DNA of 64,000 nucleotides from Mobula hypostoma (GCF_963921235.1 NC_086097.1:209252001-209316000); one strand, 5' to 3'. Positions 26,170-40,399 are shown, counted from the stretch's first letter. A program made the numbers and translations. The notes: generated from the sequence alone by a model not told the origin.

Positions 26170-28020
26170 GAAAAAAAATTTGGTCCATTTTCACAGAACA
26201 GAACTCAAATAACTTCCTAGAAATGCTGGAAAAATAAAAATATTATGAAAAGTTGGAATTGAAGGAAATTAGTATCAGCAAAAAAATGGTGCTGGAGATA
26301 TTAACATGACTAACGTTAATAAATCCCCAGAGCTTAATAACCTCCACCCCAGAGTATTAAGAAAAAATGTTTCTCAAAGAATTCAAGAGATAGCCGTACA
26401 AGTAATAGAAGCATTGGCTGTCATCTTCCAAAATCCTATAGATAATGAAACAGCAGTGAACTTCAAACAGTTTGACCAATATCATTGATAGTCGATGAAA
26501 AAATCTGATAATGTGACATGTAGAGAATATTAATGAGATTAAACAATTTCACCATACATCATGAAAAGGAAATCGTACTTGACAAACCAAGGTTATTGAA
26601 GATGCAACTGGTAAAATAGAAAAGGGAATGACAATGGAGGTGGTGTATTTGACTTTTCAGAAGACTAAAATGTTGAGGCGCAAATGGGCCAGGGTGGCCC
26701 TATGTAGCAAGAATTGAAAGCAAGCAGTCAAGTGAAGCAAGCAGTTAGGAAAGCAATGATATGTTGGACTTCAGTGCAAAAGATGTTGAGTACAGAAGCA
26801 AGGAAGTTTTGGTACAGGAAATTGATGAGACTCTATCCAGAGTCTTGTGTAGAGTTTAAACCTTCACATCTGAGAAAGGATTTGTTTGCCTTGGAGGGAG
26901 TGCATCAAATGTTTACAAGACTGAATCCTGGGATGACAGGACTTGTGTATGAAGATAGCTTGAGACAGTTATGCCAGTGTTCATGGAATTACAGAAGGGA
27001 TATCATAGACTCATTTAAATTCTGACAGGAGTAGACAGGCTAGATGCTCCCAGTACCTAGAGAGGCCAGCACCAGGGTTCATAGCCTTAACAAGTGGGGT
27101 ATGCTATTTAGCATCAAGATCAGGAGAAATTTCTTTAGCCAAAGAGTAGTGAATCTCTAAGAGTGGACTTCTCTGCCATATAAGGCAATGAAATCAGTTA
27201 TTAAGTATATTCAGGAAGGAAGTAGATATAATTATTAAAACCAAAGGAGTGAAGGGATCTGGGGAAAAGGCAGAAACAGAGTACTGAGGAGCATGATCAG
27301 CCATAATCACACTGAAAGGTTAAGTGGGCCTGAAGGCCAAATGAAATATATTTGCCCCGATTTCCAAATTTCCAATAATCTACAAACAAGGATATCTTAG
27401 TGCAATTATACATTGCAATGCTGAGGCTCCATCAGGAGTATAGTGTGAAGTTTTGATCTTACAATACACTTGGCATGGAAGGTTCACTTTCATGAAACTT
27501 TCATATTGGGAAAGGATAGGTCAATTATTCACTAGTCTTCAGAAAGATGAGAAGAAATCTCTTTGAAACATACAAAGTTCCAAAAGGACTTGACAGACTG
27601 CATGCTTTCTCTGGCTGGGGATCTGAGGAAATGGTACATTAGAGACAGACAGCACACACAAAATGCTGGAGGAATTCAGCAGGTCAAGCAGCATCTATAG
27701 AAATGAATAGATATTCAGTGTTTCAGGATGAAACCCTTCTCTAGGATACTGAGGAGGAAGGGGGAAGATGCTAGAATGCAGTGAGAGTAGGATTCAGCAT
27801 TCAATGAGCCAGATGTCAAACTACCAGGATTTTGGAACAATCAAATAGTGTTTAATGTATATTTAAGATCAGCTTCAAAACTAAAAAAAACATCAACGGT
27901 ACTGTGAGCAAGTGAGGATTTTGTACTGCAATTCAAGATCGGTCGTGGTCATGTTGCATAGTAGTACATGGTAGAAGGGTTAAATGGCCTTCACTTGCTC
28001 CTATTTTCTAAAATTCTGTA
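26170..28020 (+). mobile_element. Old CR1 fragments
   Basis: KSP....LHPRVL, LAVIFQ, LRKDLFALEGVHQMFTRLNPGM. A second CR1 3' piece and a Penelope-derived short element (~27650-27780) follow. Confidence 0.7.
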
Positions 28021-29584
28021 TAGTTTCCCAATGAAGAAAGGTACAACATTATGAGAGGTAAACAAGTGCACTTAATAGGTTATTTGTTCATACTTATTTC
28101 CTGCAGTGATATATTGAGATGCAACAATAAAGCAAAATTCTGCCGATATTCACCTAACACTGAACTCTCTGCTGTCCCACGACTTCACTCCATTTAAATT
28201 CAGAACCCATCTGACTAATAATCTTCCTCACTTTCTCAGTGTCTGTTCTCAACCAGGTCCACATTATTATCACTGCAGTTTCACTCATTCTTCTCGGTCT
28301 CACGCTCCTATTGACTTGAACTATAACTCCATTGCCCAACTCCTACTTTCTTCCTTCTATCTCCATTACTCCATTATTGATGAGATCAGTACAATAGTGA
28401 GAGATGATATAAGAACTAAATAGCGCAATGTTGTGTCCATTTGGGTTGTATCCATGACCGCTTTCTTGAACAGCATTGTTAGTGTGCTACAAGGGAAAAT
28501 GCCACCTTAGATCTAGTCCTGTACAATGAGACAGGTAAAATTAACAATCTTATAGTTAGGGATCTTCGTGGAAACAGTGATCATAGTATGATTGAATTTC
28601 TCATACAAATGGAGGGTGCAATAGTTTAATGTTAAACCAGTGTATTATGCCTAAATAATGGAGACCCCACAATGGGATGAGGGCAAAACTGGTTAGTATA
28701 GATGAGAAATATGGACCATATGGTGGGACAGTTAAAGAACAGTGGAAGGCCTTTAAGTAGATTTTTCATACTCAAAGGTACATTCCACTTAAAAGAAAAC
28801 AGAGTAAGGGTAAGGAAGTAACAGAAGGCATCAAACCAGAAGCTTATGAATATAAAGTTGCCAAGACTAGTAGGAAAGTGGAAGATCGGGAAAACTTTAA
28901 AAAGCAGCGAAGACCCACAAGCAAGCAATAAGGAAAGGAAGCATAAGTTATGAAAGTAACCTAGCATAAAATATAAAAAGGGATAATAAAAATCTTTATA
29001 ATTATATAGAGCAAAAAATGGTAGCTAAGAAGATAAGAATGGGGAATTAATATTGGGTAATACGGAAATGGGTGAAGCTTTTATGGTGGAGGGCATGTTT
29101 CACATGCCAAAGATAGATGAAATGGATGAAATGAGAAGTGAGAACCTCAATATAATCTCTGTCACTAAAGAAGTAGCATATGCAAACTAGTGGGCCTAAA
29201 GGTAGACAAGTCCCCTGGTCCTGATGGCTGCATCCCAGAGTACTGAAGGAAATGACAGAAGTTAGAGTAAGGGAGTTGGTGATAATTTACCAAGATTGGC
29301 TGGACTCTGCCAGGTCCCAGCAGATTGGAAGACAATGAATGTTACACCACTGTTTAAAACAGTGTTAGTTTAATGTCTGTAGTTGGGAAAATGCTTAAAA
29401 CAATCATTAAGGAATAAATAGTGAGACATCTGGATAGAAATGGTTTCATGAGGCAGACACAGCAGGGATTAATGAAGCTTTGACAAACAGTTTGACAAAT
29501 TTACTGGAGTTCTAGGATATATTGAGCACAGTGGATAGAAGGGAACAGGTGGTTGTTATATACTTGGGTGTCTGGGAGCTGTTC

Positions 29585-32500
29585 TGTTGTATCTGTACAA
29601 CTATGTATCAAGAGGTGAGGTTAACTGGTAAATTCACTTTGCAGCTCAATAGAGCAACAGATCAATGCACATGGGTAAGTTATCAATCAATAATTAGTGC
29701 TAAGGAGAGTCATTGCACTAAAAGAAGTGGACCCATACTTTACACTCCCCCCTTTAAATTAATATAATATAAAACTGTATATGTAACAAAGCATTCAAAA
29801 AATTGTATATATACCAAAACATTCAATTTACTTTAACAAACTATATTCAATTAAACATGCTTTCACTAAAACAGTCCATACCCCAACTTCACTATACTAA
29901 AGATTCAGTCTTTTGGGTGCCACTCTGTTTCTTTCAGGATAGCACCTTTGAACCTGTGGAGTTGCATCAGGTTTGGCAGTCTTGTCATTGCTGTTAGTGA
30001 CTTGATCATCCCCGAGTGTAAGTCCAGTGGATGCAATGTGTCTGTCTTGTTGGATGAGGAGGACTCAGGTGTGTTCTTCAGCTGAGCATCCAGTATCTGG
30101 TCCCCATGATGTCTCCATGTATGATCTCCAACATCCACTGTGTAGATCAGTAGCCCTGTAGCTATCCTGTCGGGTGTCCACTTGACTTCTCGGTAATCAC
30201 AAGCTAGGACTTCCTCGACGTTCCTCGCTGATTTACTTGGCAACTAGCTGAACTGTTTATACTGCCCTTTCCTCCGTAGATCTGGTTTCATGAGGTCTAT
30301 ACAAGATCTCAGGTTCCTGATCATGAACAGTATTGCAGGTGTGTGATTTGTCATTGCATGAACAGAGTTCTGATAAGCAAAAAGGAAATTGTCCATCTTG
30401 TGTTGTAGAGAAATATCTTCCTTGTTCATAGTTTTAATGGACTTCATAAAGGTTTGGATAAACCTTTCAGCTAACCCATTTGTTGCTGGGTGATGAGGAA
30501 CTGACTTGAAATATTTGATGCCACTTGTCTTCATGAATAATCTGAACTCTTCTGATATGTATTGTGATCTGTTGTCACTCACAATTTATTCAAGTAAAAT
30601 ATTTATGAAGAAGATAGTTCGCAGAACGGAAAGTCTTTTCTGAGGTGATGGACTTCATTGGCGTGACCTCAGTCCATTTTGAATGAACATCCACAGCAAT
30701 CAGAAACATAAAGTTCATGGATGGCCCAACATAGTCAATATGCATTCTTTGCCATGGTGAAGACGGCCACTCCAATGGGTGTACCGGTGCTCGTGGGGTG
30801 CATTTTGAACTTGGCATCCCGAACAGCTTTTGATCAAGTCTTCAATCTGTCTATATATTCGTTGCCACCACATATAGCTCCAGGCAAGAATCCTCATCCT
30901 TCATGCAGAATCTCTAACACTCTGATGCACAGTTTAGAGGGAACCACAACACGAGAACATCAGCATTCTTTGACATACAGAAAGTTGGTTTCAGCTCACT
31001 GAGAACTCTGGAAACATACGATTACCATGAGCTGACCATCCTTGCAAGGTGATTTAATAGACTTTTGACAATGTTGGGTCATTCCTTATTCCTCTTTGTA
31101 TTTCAGAATTTGTTCCTGGCAACTGCTGCACTAATGTGTGGAACACCTCTGCTAGATTACAGAAGGAAGACTTTTCTTTTTCAGTTGCCAGCAGTGGAAG
31201 ATGTGACAAACTATCAGTGATGCTATGTTGTTTGGTACCCTTGAGCACTATGTCATAAGAATGGGTTCCTAGGAACAGTGCCCAACGTTGTAGCAGACAT
31301 CACTGGAATTCACTTTCTGGGATTGAAGATAGACACAAGGGGTTGGTGGTCTGTCACTAGAGTAATTTTTGTCTGCAGAGGTAGTGGTGGAATTTCTATA
31401 TTCCCCATACTAGGCATCTCAGTCAATCTGTGCAAAGTTACCTTTTGTGTTTGACAATGTTCTTGAAGCCAATGCGATTGGATGTTCAGATCCATCTTCC
31501 ATAGTGTGTGACAAAATGACAACAATGCCATAAGGGGGTGCAACACACACCAGTCTGATCAAGCTGCAGAAAGTTGTAAATCTAGTCAGCACCATCTTGG
31601 GTACTAACCTACAAAGTAACCAGGACATCGTCAGGCAGCGGTGTCTCAGAAAGGCAGTGTCCATTATTAAGGACCTCCAGCACCCAGGGCATGCCCATTT
31701 CTCACTGTTACCATCAGGTAGGAGGTTCAGAAGCCTGAAGGCACACACTCAGCGATTCAAGAACAGCTTCGTCCTCTCTGCCATCCGATTCCCAAATGGA
31801 CATTGAATCTTTGGACACTACCTCACTTTTTTTAAAATATACAGTATTTCTGTTTCTGCACATTTTTAAGTCTGTTCAATATATGTAAATGATTTACTTG
31901 TTTATTATTTATTATTATTTAATCTATTTTTATTATTTTTCTCTGCTACATTTTGTATTGCATTGAACTGCTGCTGCTTAGTTAACAAATTTCACGTCAC
32001 ATGCCAGTGATAACCTGATTCTGATTCTGAACCAAGTCATTTGCAGTATGGGAGGATTTGCCACATCAGTAGCATTTTTGGCTTTCTTGCACCATTCAGA
32101 GGCATTGTGCATTTTACATTCTAAACTCGTTTTTTTGTAGTTCTGTCACATCCTTTGCTGCAGTCTCTAATGGTATTGCAATGCTCAATGCGCATTCTAA
32201 AGTTAGCTCTCTTTCTGACAATAGCCACTTTTAAGTGCTTTGACTGTGCATGCCACATAGAAGCCTGTCCCTTAATGCATGAAAAGTCCATCTCCAAAAT
32301 CACGGAATTGGGAAAGTTTGCACAATGTATTCAGAAATGCTTTCATCCTTTGACTGGTTCCTTTGTGAAATCTAAATGTCTCAGCTATTACTAGAGGTTT
32401 AGTGCTCAAGTGAGTTTGTACAATGTAAACCTCTCAATATACAATTCCCAGCCCTCATTAGTGCTATCAAGTTAATCAATTTTCCCAACTAAGACTATTG

Positions 32501-32889
32501 TCATGTTATTTTCACTTCAACTTTGCTAGCTGCGCATCTCTCACTCATACCATGCACTATTACTCACACATCCCTCTGCTACTGTTCATGACGGCCTTCT
32601 CTACACTGATTAACTCTTTCCTCTCGCTGTCTCTCTCCCTTCCTCAGAATTCTGTTGTCTCTTAACTGTCGGTGCTGTTGGTGGTACTCGCTAGCATTCA
32701 GGTTCATAGTGATTGCCAACTTGTTGTATCCATGCAACTACATAACAAGTAAATAATAAATGCACATGGAAGTGAAGTTAACTTTGAAGTGAGAGAGAGC
32801 AACAGATCAATGCACAAGGGTAAGTTATCAGTCAATAAGTAGTGCTAAGAGGAGTCACTGCATTAAAAGAAATAGATGCATACATTACA
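29585..32889 (-). mobile_element. Gypsy LTR retrotransposon, internally deleted, both LTRs present
   Basis: LTRs at 29585-29744 and 32722-32889 (TGTAA...CAACA on minus). TSD TGTTC on both sides; PPT aaaggggggag. Gag start GKID..D...W..YIERF; RNase H TDHQPLVSIF; integrase WQRMHIDY.GP, SDN..QY, HPATNGLAERFIQT. Confidence 0.92.
31550..32030 (+). mobile_element. Rex1/Babar 3' fragment nested in the Gypsy element
   Basis: RCLRKAVSIIKDLQHPGHAHFSLLPSGRRFRSLK; (gattct)n tail. Confidence 0.85.
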
Positions 32890-33435
32890 TGTTCAATAAG
32901 GTGCTGCATAAAAGACTCATCCATAAGAGAAGGATGCGTGGAGTTGGGAGTAATGTATTAGCATAGATACAGGATGTAAGGCAGATAGCTGGGATAAATT
33001 GGCATTTCTCTCAATGCCAATCAATGGAGAGCAAAGTGCCATAAAAGTAAGGATAGACCTGCATATGTTCACGACGTACATTAACGAGTTTGAAGAGGGG
33101 ACTGAACTTGCTGTATCTAAGCTTACTGATGATACTAAATTGAGTGGAAGAGAAAATTGTGCAGAAGATGTGGAGAGTCTGAAAAGAAGTATGGATAGGG
33201 ACTCCCATAATGTCAATCCTGTAAAAAGACTAGATGGGATAGAGTTTGTCAAATGTGTTCAGAAAAGTTTCTTTAATCAGTACATAGAAGTCCAAATGAG
33301 AGAGTGTGTGATATTTGATCTCATGTTAGGGAATAAGGCAGGACAAGTGACAGAAGTTTGTGTAGGTGATCATCTTACACCTAGTGATCATCTTACACCT
33401 GGTGATCACAATGCCATTTCTTTCAAAATAAATAT

Positions 33436-33835
33436 TGTTACGCACCCCGTAACGGGTTAAAGAACCAGCAGAAATGGAAAACACCTTGGAGTCTGGTATT
33501 GCTGTTAACTAATGCTCATTTATTAGTAACTACGCAATATAGTAATATAAATTCAGATAAATCAAACAGATTAGCAAAGTTCATGCATATATAAGTGTGG
33601 AAATATATAAAAACCAAGCTTCTTCAAGCCTGGAGGTGGGATAAATGGATACAGTCTTATGGTGATGGGTAAAGGGAATTAGTTCAGTTTGTGGTATTGA
33701 GATGAGTAGTGATGGATGGAGAGACAGAGAGAGAGGTGTCTAGTTCTTCGGGTGAGCTGATGCTGTCAATCTTCCCGTAATCCTCCAAAACTTCCAAGTT
33801 AGCCAAACTTGACCAACTTAAGAACACCGTCTTCA
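33436..33835. mobile_element. Partial LTR-like sequence
   Basis: Abrupt start with TGTTAC inside a CR1 endonuclease fragment; truncated by the Tc1 piece. Confidence 0.45.
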
Positions 33836-33837
33836 AG

Positions 33838-34467
33838 TAAGCCCTGGAAGGCTTGTGAAAGTAAAATGAATGCAACAAAATACAAGAAAATTCTGGAGGA
33901 AAACCTGATGCAGTCTGCAAGTGAACTGTGACTTGGGAGAAGATTTGCTTTCCAGCAAGATAGTGACCCCAAGCATAAAGCTAAAACTACACAGGCATGG
34001 CTTAAAAACAACAAAGTTAATGCCCTGGAGTGGCCAAGTCCAGACCTGAATCCAATTGAGAGCTTGTGGCCAGACTTGAAAAGGGCTGTTCACTCACAAT
34101 CCCCATGCATCTGAAAGAGCTTGAGCAGTTTTGTAAAGAAGAATGGGGAAAAGTTGCAGTGTCCAGACATGCAAAGCTGATAGAGCCCTATCCACACAGA
34201 CTCAAGGCTGTAATTGCTGCCAAAGGTACATCTCCTAAGTACTGACTCAAAGGGGGTGAATACTTATGCAATCAATTATTTTGTTTAATATTTGTCTTTA
34301 ATTTAGGTAATTTTCTGTAAAGATCTGTTTTCAATTTGACACCAAAGAGTCTTTTTCTGTTGATCTGTATCAAATAAAGCCAAATTAAATCCATTGTGAT
34401 TTAATGTTGTAAAACAATAAAACATGAAAACTTCCTGGGGGGGGGTGAATACTTTTTATAGGCACTG
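33838..34467 (+). mobile_element. Tc1-like transposon 3' half
   Basis: MN..KY.KILEENL, FQQDSDPKHKAK, LEWPS-PDLNPIESLW. Long TIR with repeated ggggtgaatactt, ending cactg|TA. Confidence 0.9.
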
Positions 34468-34477
34468 TATTTATCAA

Positions 34478-35128
34478 TATCAAGGTCCTGCATGGGAGGT
34501 TGATCAAGAAGGCTCAGTCACTCGTCATTCAAGATGAGATAATAAATTGGATTAGACATTGGCTTTGTGGGAGAAGCCAAAGAGTGGTAATAGATGCTTG
34601 CCTCCCTGATTGGAGGCCTGTGACTGGTGGTGTACCACAGGCATCAGTGCTGGGTCCATTGTTGCTTGTCAACTATATCAACAATCTAGATAATAATGTG
34701 GTTAACTAGACCAACAAATATGCAGATGATACCAAAATGGTAGTGGACAGTGAGGAAAACTATCATGGCTTGCAGCAGTTTCGGGACCAGTTGGAAAAAT
34801 GGGCTGAAAAATGGCAGACGAAATTTAATGAAGACAAGTGTGAGGTCTTGCACTTTGGCCGGATCAACCAGTGTAGGTCTTACACAGTAAACAATAGGGC
34901 ACTGAAGAGTGTGGTAGAACAAAGGGATCTGGGAATGCAGGTCCATAATTCATTGAAAATGGTGTCACAGCTAGATAGGTTCATAAAGAAAGCCTTTGAT
35001 ACATTGGTCTTCATAAATCAAAGTGCAGAGTACAGGAGGTGGGATGTTATGTTGAAGTTGTTTAAGACATTGGTGAAGCCTAATTTGGAATATCATGTGT
35101 AGTATTATGCAGGAAAGATGAAAATAAA
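34478..35128 (+). mobile_element. CR1 RT fragment
   Basis: VTGGVPQASVLGPLL, KYADDTK, WAEKWQ.KFN.DKCEVLHFG. Confidence 0.85.
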
Positions 35129-35129
35129 G

Positions 35130-37735
35130 TTGATTATTGGTAAATACCGAAGCCAAAGGGGTAAGGTATATCAATTTAATCCAAGATATAAATATCGGAC
35201 TAAAATTAAATTTCTCGAGCATATTAAACAAATATGTCCATTCGACTATCAGAAGCTTTCTCAACATCCAATGAGATGACGCATTCTAGAGTTCTAGGTG
35301 AAGAAGTATAAACCATATTTATTAATCTCCTAATATTAAAGAAGGAGTAATGATTTTTAATAAATCCGGTCTGATCGACAGAAGTAATTTGAGGCAATAC
35401 ATTTTCCAGTCTCGTTGCCAATATTTTAGAAAAAAATCTTAGAATCCACATTCAGCAAAGATAAGGCCTATAAGATGCACATTCAGTAGGACCCTTATCT
35501 TTTTTAAGAATTAGGGAAATAGAAGCTCAATAAAAAGATTGTGGTAATTTACCTATAGATACTGTATCCCTAAAGGTTCTACATAACCAAGGAGAAAGTA
35601 TAGTAGAGAAGGATTTTAAAAATTCTACTGTATAACCGTCTGGACCAGGTGCTTTACTTGAATTCATCAAGGAAATAACATTTTTTATTTCTTCTACCGT
35701 AATAGGTACATTAGTTTTAAACATTCATTGGGTGGTAATTTTGGAATATTCAATTTCTTTAAGAATTTGTGCATTATAGTGGAGTCATCAGGAAATTCTG
35801 ATTGGTATAGAGAGGTTTAAAATTCTTGAAAGGATCTCCCGTTTTTCAGTTATTCCGTGGTACCAGGCGGGGTTGCCCTCTTAGTTCATTATTATTCGAT
35901 ATTGCCCTGGAACCGTTAGCTATCGCTATTCGTGACACTCCTAATATATTTGGTATTACCCGCGGGAATGAGATACATAAATTATCACTATATGCAGATG
36001 ATTTACTTTTATATATTTCTAACCCTGAGAAATCCATTCTGGCAGTATTATCTCTGCTTGCACAGTTTAGTAGTTCTTCTAGTTACAAATTGAATCTTGG
36101 TAAGAGTGAACTTTTTCCATTAAATATGCAGGTTTCTATTTATAGATGTTCACCATTCAGATTGATTACTGAGTATTTTACTTATTTGGGGGTTAAAATT
36201 GCTAAGAGACATAAGGACTTACTCAAGCTCAATTTTTTACCGTTAATTAGTCAGGTTAAACAATTGCTTACTAAATGGTCCCCATTGTCTCTATCACTGA
36301 TTGGCCGAATCAATGCTATTAAAATGATTATTCTACCTAAATTTTTATATCTATTTCAAGCAGTACCAATTATTATTCCTAAATCTTTTTTTGATATTAT
36401 TGATTCTAAAATTTCCTCTTATATATGGCAGAATAAAAATCCCAGGTTAAGTAAAAAATATTTACAGAAGTCCAAGAAAGATAGTGGTTTAGCATTGCCG
36501 AATTTAAGATTCTATTACTGGGCAATTAATATTCGATATTTAATATTTTGGACACAAGATTGGGATGTAATTCCAAGTCCACAATGGGTAAACCTTGAAG
36601 ATTACTCTGTACAAGGGTTTTCATTGGTTTCTATTTTAGGAACTTCACTTCCCTTTGTATTTTCTAAATTGAATAAACAAATGGTTAACCCAATAGTTAA
36701 ACATATATTACGAATATAGTTCCAATCTTGTAAATTTTTTAGTCTGAACAAATTTATATTATCAAGCCCTATTATATCTATTTTTTCCCAACCCTCGTTT
36801 ATGGATCAAGCCTTTTTGATATGGAAAATGAAGGGTATAACATATTTCTGTGATTTATTTCTGATTAACTGTTTCATGTCTTTTGAACAGTTTTCTAATA
36901 AATATAATTTGCCCAGATCCCATTTTTTTTAGATATTTACAAATAAGAAACTTTTTAAATACCACGCTGCCTACCTTTCCGATTTCACACTCTACTGATA
37001 TCACGGACAAAATTTTAGGTTTAAGTCCTTATCAGAAGGGATTAATAGCAACTATTTATGATATAATTATGAAAATACAGCCAGGTATATCTGATAAAAT
37101 TAAAAATGAATGGGAAAGGGAACATCAACTTTGCCTACCTATAGAGAAATGGGGAAAAGAAATTTCAATTAGTTAGCTCTTCCTCTATATGTGCTAAACA
37201 TAGGCTGATACAATTTAAGGTAGTGCATAGGGCCCACATGTCTAAAGATAAACTAGCTTGTTTTTACTCCCATACAAATCCTATTTGTGACAGATGTCAC
37301 TCTGAGGTGGCTTCTTTGACTCATATGTTCTGGTCCTGCCCTCTCTTGGAAAAATTTTGGAAAGATATTTTTGATATTATTTCAACAGTTTTGCATTTTG
37401 ATTTACAACCCCATCCTATTACAGCAACTTTTGGTTTGCCAATGATGGAACATAGATCTTCATCCTCTTCAGCCAGTCAGATGATCGCATTTGTTACTTT
37501 AATGGTCACAAGATCCATTTTATTGAATTGGAAAGAGACCAACCCCCCTACTACACTTCAATGGTTTTCCCAAATTATATCACGTTTAAATTTAGAAAAA
37601 ATCGGAAGTGTCATTTTTGATCCTTCGGTTAAATTTGAAGAGACCTGGAAGCCATTTATTCAACATTTTCATATGTAGTTTAACCTTTTCCAAATCCTTT
37701 TTATTAACTTAGATTATATGAATACTGTAGAGGAG
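35130..37735 (+). mobile_element. L1-clade LINE ORF2 with an inverted 5' segment (35130-35830 on minus, 35831-37678 on plus)
   Basis: Minus part: KAPGPDGYTVEF, DQTGFIK, ISLD.EKA, FISWIKLIY. Plus part: RGTRRGCPLS, LYADDLLLY, GGLALP-like, CDRC.....THMFWSCP zinc knuckle. Confidence 0.92.
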
Positions 37736-37869
37736 TGGAGCTTGTTAGAGTGGATTTCCTTTTGGGTAGATGATTTGTTTACACTTAAATGACTTTGACC
37801 ACCAGGCTTCAATTTTAACTGTTTGACAAAGGACTGTGGATTGAGTCCACCACAATGGGCTTCCTAAAA

Positions 37870-38261
37870 GGCAAGGACCCAGAAACTGGGACTTGACTCA
37901 GGCTGGGACTCCAGAACTAGGCAAGGACAAGACGTGGCTACAGGATGAGGAGAGGCTACAGGACTGGACACAAGACTCCTGGATGGGACAAGGGAACCCT
38001 AGCACAGGATGAGCGAACCCCAGAACTGGGCTGGGCAAGGTACTCCTGGGCTGGGCGAGACAGATGGACAAAACGAGAACACAAAGCCTTGGCTTGGACA
38101 GGATAAACTTATCGGATCATGACTAGGACTGGATGAGACCCCGAAGCCGAGCCTTAGTCAAGGGAGAGACAGGAACGCAGAGCCTTGGTCAAGGGGAAAT
38201 AATAAGGAACATGGACCGGACCATGAACTGCAATGCGGATTTCACGGACTGGACCATGACA
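37870..38261 (-). mobile_element. Partial LTR related to 22101-23319
   Basis: Reverse complement begins tgtcatggtccagtccgtgaaatcc, matching 22101 onward; also shares ccttgcctagttctgg. Confidence 0.7.
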
Positions 38262-39319
38262 GAACATACTCATGCATACTTCTAATTTAAGGCTAGCAAG
38301 TTTATGTTACTGACAGATATGACAGAGTATCTTCTGGTATATTTCTACTCACAGTTGTGAATTGACTGACTTCACACAAGCTGCATAAGTGAAAAGGGCA
38401 GGGCATCGATATTTAATTGCTTGGGTAATTGTTATACTGCAAAAGTATGTAGTATTATTTTTATTTTTTTCAGGATTATTTTAGAAGCTACCTGAATGGT
38501 AAATCATCCTAAATATCAGCTGTCAATGAGTGAACCCACAGCAGTGTTTTAAACATTTTAAGTTTGCTTTTCTGACAGTCACCATGTTCCCTAAACATTT
38601 TGTAAGAACTGGCAAGGATCAGCAATATTGGTGACTAACGTGTGTAATCTCGGCAACAGGATATCTGCATTCCCTTTAGACTGACACTCATTGTTTCAGT
38701 CAGTTTTCAATGAATGATGTTCTGATGAAGGGATAAATCCTGGCCAGTTGCTCTAGAAAGTAAACCATTGTGCTGTTTATGTCCCACAATGAAAGACAGC
38801 ATCTGTCAGCATGACAGAACTCATTAACAATCCCTTAATTCTTGTGAATAATCTATTAACACAGACCGAATAGATAGAAAACTCATGCTAAGTAGTACAT
38901 TTTCAAAGCAAAAGAATATTCAAGAAGAGGGTGGACATTATAGCTGTCTTTGTAATGGTGACTACATTTTTCAGTAACGAACTGTGAAATGTCCCCAGAA
39001 TCAAGGTTCAAGGTTCAAAGTAAATTTATTGTCATAGTCCATATAACATATGACACCATGTCATTTTCGTGCAGGCATCTGAATCATGCAATCTGCAGGA
39101 CCTGAAGCATGTAGAGTGATTGTTCAGTTATACTACTACATTTCCTTTTTTAGAAAGCTGTGTCTATTTTCTTGATAAGTCTATAGAATGTCTTTTATCG
39201 TTTGTTGGAAATTATATGCAATTCCTTTTCATGCTTGCATCTTTAATCTTGCCATTTTCTTGTTAATAAACATCAAAGGCTTATGAGTCTTGCTTTACAA
39301 AGCGCACGATATAGATGAA

Positions 39320-39537
39320 AGACCCAAGAAATTCTGGAGGTGATGGAAATCTTGAGCAACACACATACAAAAAGCTGAAGGAATTCACTAGGCCGGGCAG
39401 TATCTATGAAGGAAAGAAAACAGTTGACATTTCAGGCTGACACACTTCATTAGGATTCATCAATCCTGAAACGTTGACAGTTTATTTCCCTCCGTAGATG
39501 CTGATTGTCCTGTGTTCCTCCAGCATTTTGTGCACAT
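39320..39537. mobile_element. Degenerate fold-back Penelope-derived short element
   Basis: Two opposed arms of the same family as 46534-46747, joined in the hammerhead region (~39455). Confidence 0.6.
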
Positions 39538-39559
39538 TCCATATCTATTCTTTTTCATT

Positions 39560-40370
39560 TCCATGCTTTTAGCAACTGAAATTTTACTAAACTGGTCAAG
39601 ATAGCATATCTCTTCAAAACCACAGGTGTCCAATTTCCTGGATCATCCCTATTTTCCTTCTTAAACAAAGGAACAACATTAGTTGCTCTGCAGTTCTCTA
39701 GGCCCTTGCCTGTGGATACAAAGATCTTCTTCAGTCTCCTCTCAACTGCATCAATAAGCTGGGATAGATCCCATTAGATCTTTGAAATTTATCCACTTTA
39801 TGCTCTTAAAGAGAGTCAGCACCACCTCTTTGATTTCAAAATGCATGAGCACATTCCAATACTTCACACTGATCTTACACTGACCATGTCCTTCACCTTA
39901 GCGAATACCAATTCAAAATACTTGTTTAGTATTTCGGACTCCAAGCATAAATTCCCTACTTTTATCATTGTGCGGTCTTATTCTCTCCTACATCACCTTC
40001 TTCTTGCTTTTAACGTACAAAAGGGCCTTGGGCCTCTTCTCTTGAATCCTACGTGCAAGGAAATTTCGTGTTCCATTCTGACCCTCCTAATTCCATAAGA
40101 CTGTACAATATAGTAGCTGAATTGGGTCGTCCAGCCTGTTGAACCTACTCCGTCATTCGATCGTGGCTGAGTGGTTAACCCTGCCAACCTCATTTGTGTT
40201 GAACACTCAATGCTAGAGTTCATTCCACTTTTCTTTATATTCCTCAAAGGCCCAGTCTGATTTCAACTTCCTAAACATTTACTCAATAACAATTGCTCCC
40301 CACTTACTCCCCCAAGCTCCTGCCTAATAATGCTGTAATTTGCCCTAGGTCCAGACTTATTCATAACTAT
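39560..40370 (-). mobile_element. Old CR1 fragments
   Basis: Minus-strand remnants of CR1 ORF2 (LFKEG..D.PGN..PV.L). Confidence 0.55.
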
Positions 40371-40399
40371 CTCAAGGATTTGTGAAAACTTCTTCCATT

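Larger units (their letters stand above)
28500..33200 (+). mobile_element. CR1 ORF2 split by a Gypsy insertion
   Basis: SDHSMIEF, KSPGPDG.HPRVLKE, then VIYLG...F|NKVLHKRL joined across 29584/32890. Confidence 0.8.

Noticed and set aside
35826..36719. 297-aa ORF as a functional host gene
   Set aside because: It is part of a truncated, inverted L1 ORF2 with stops and frameshifts downstream.
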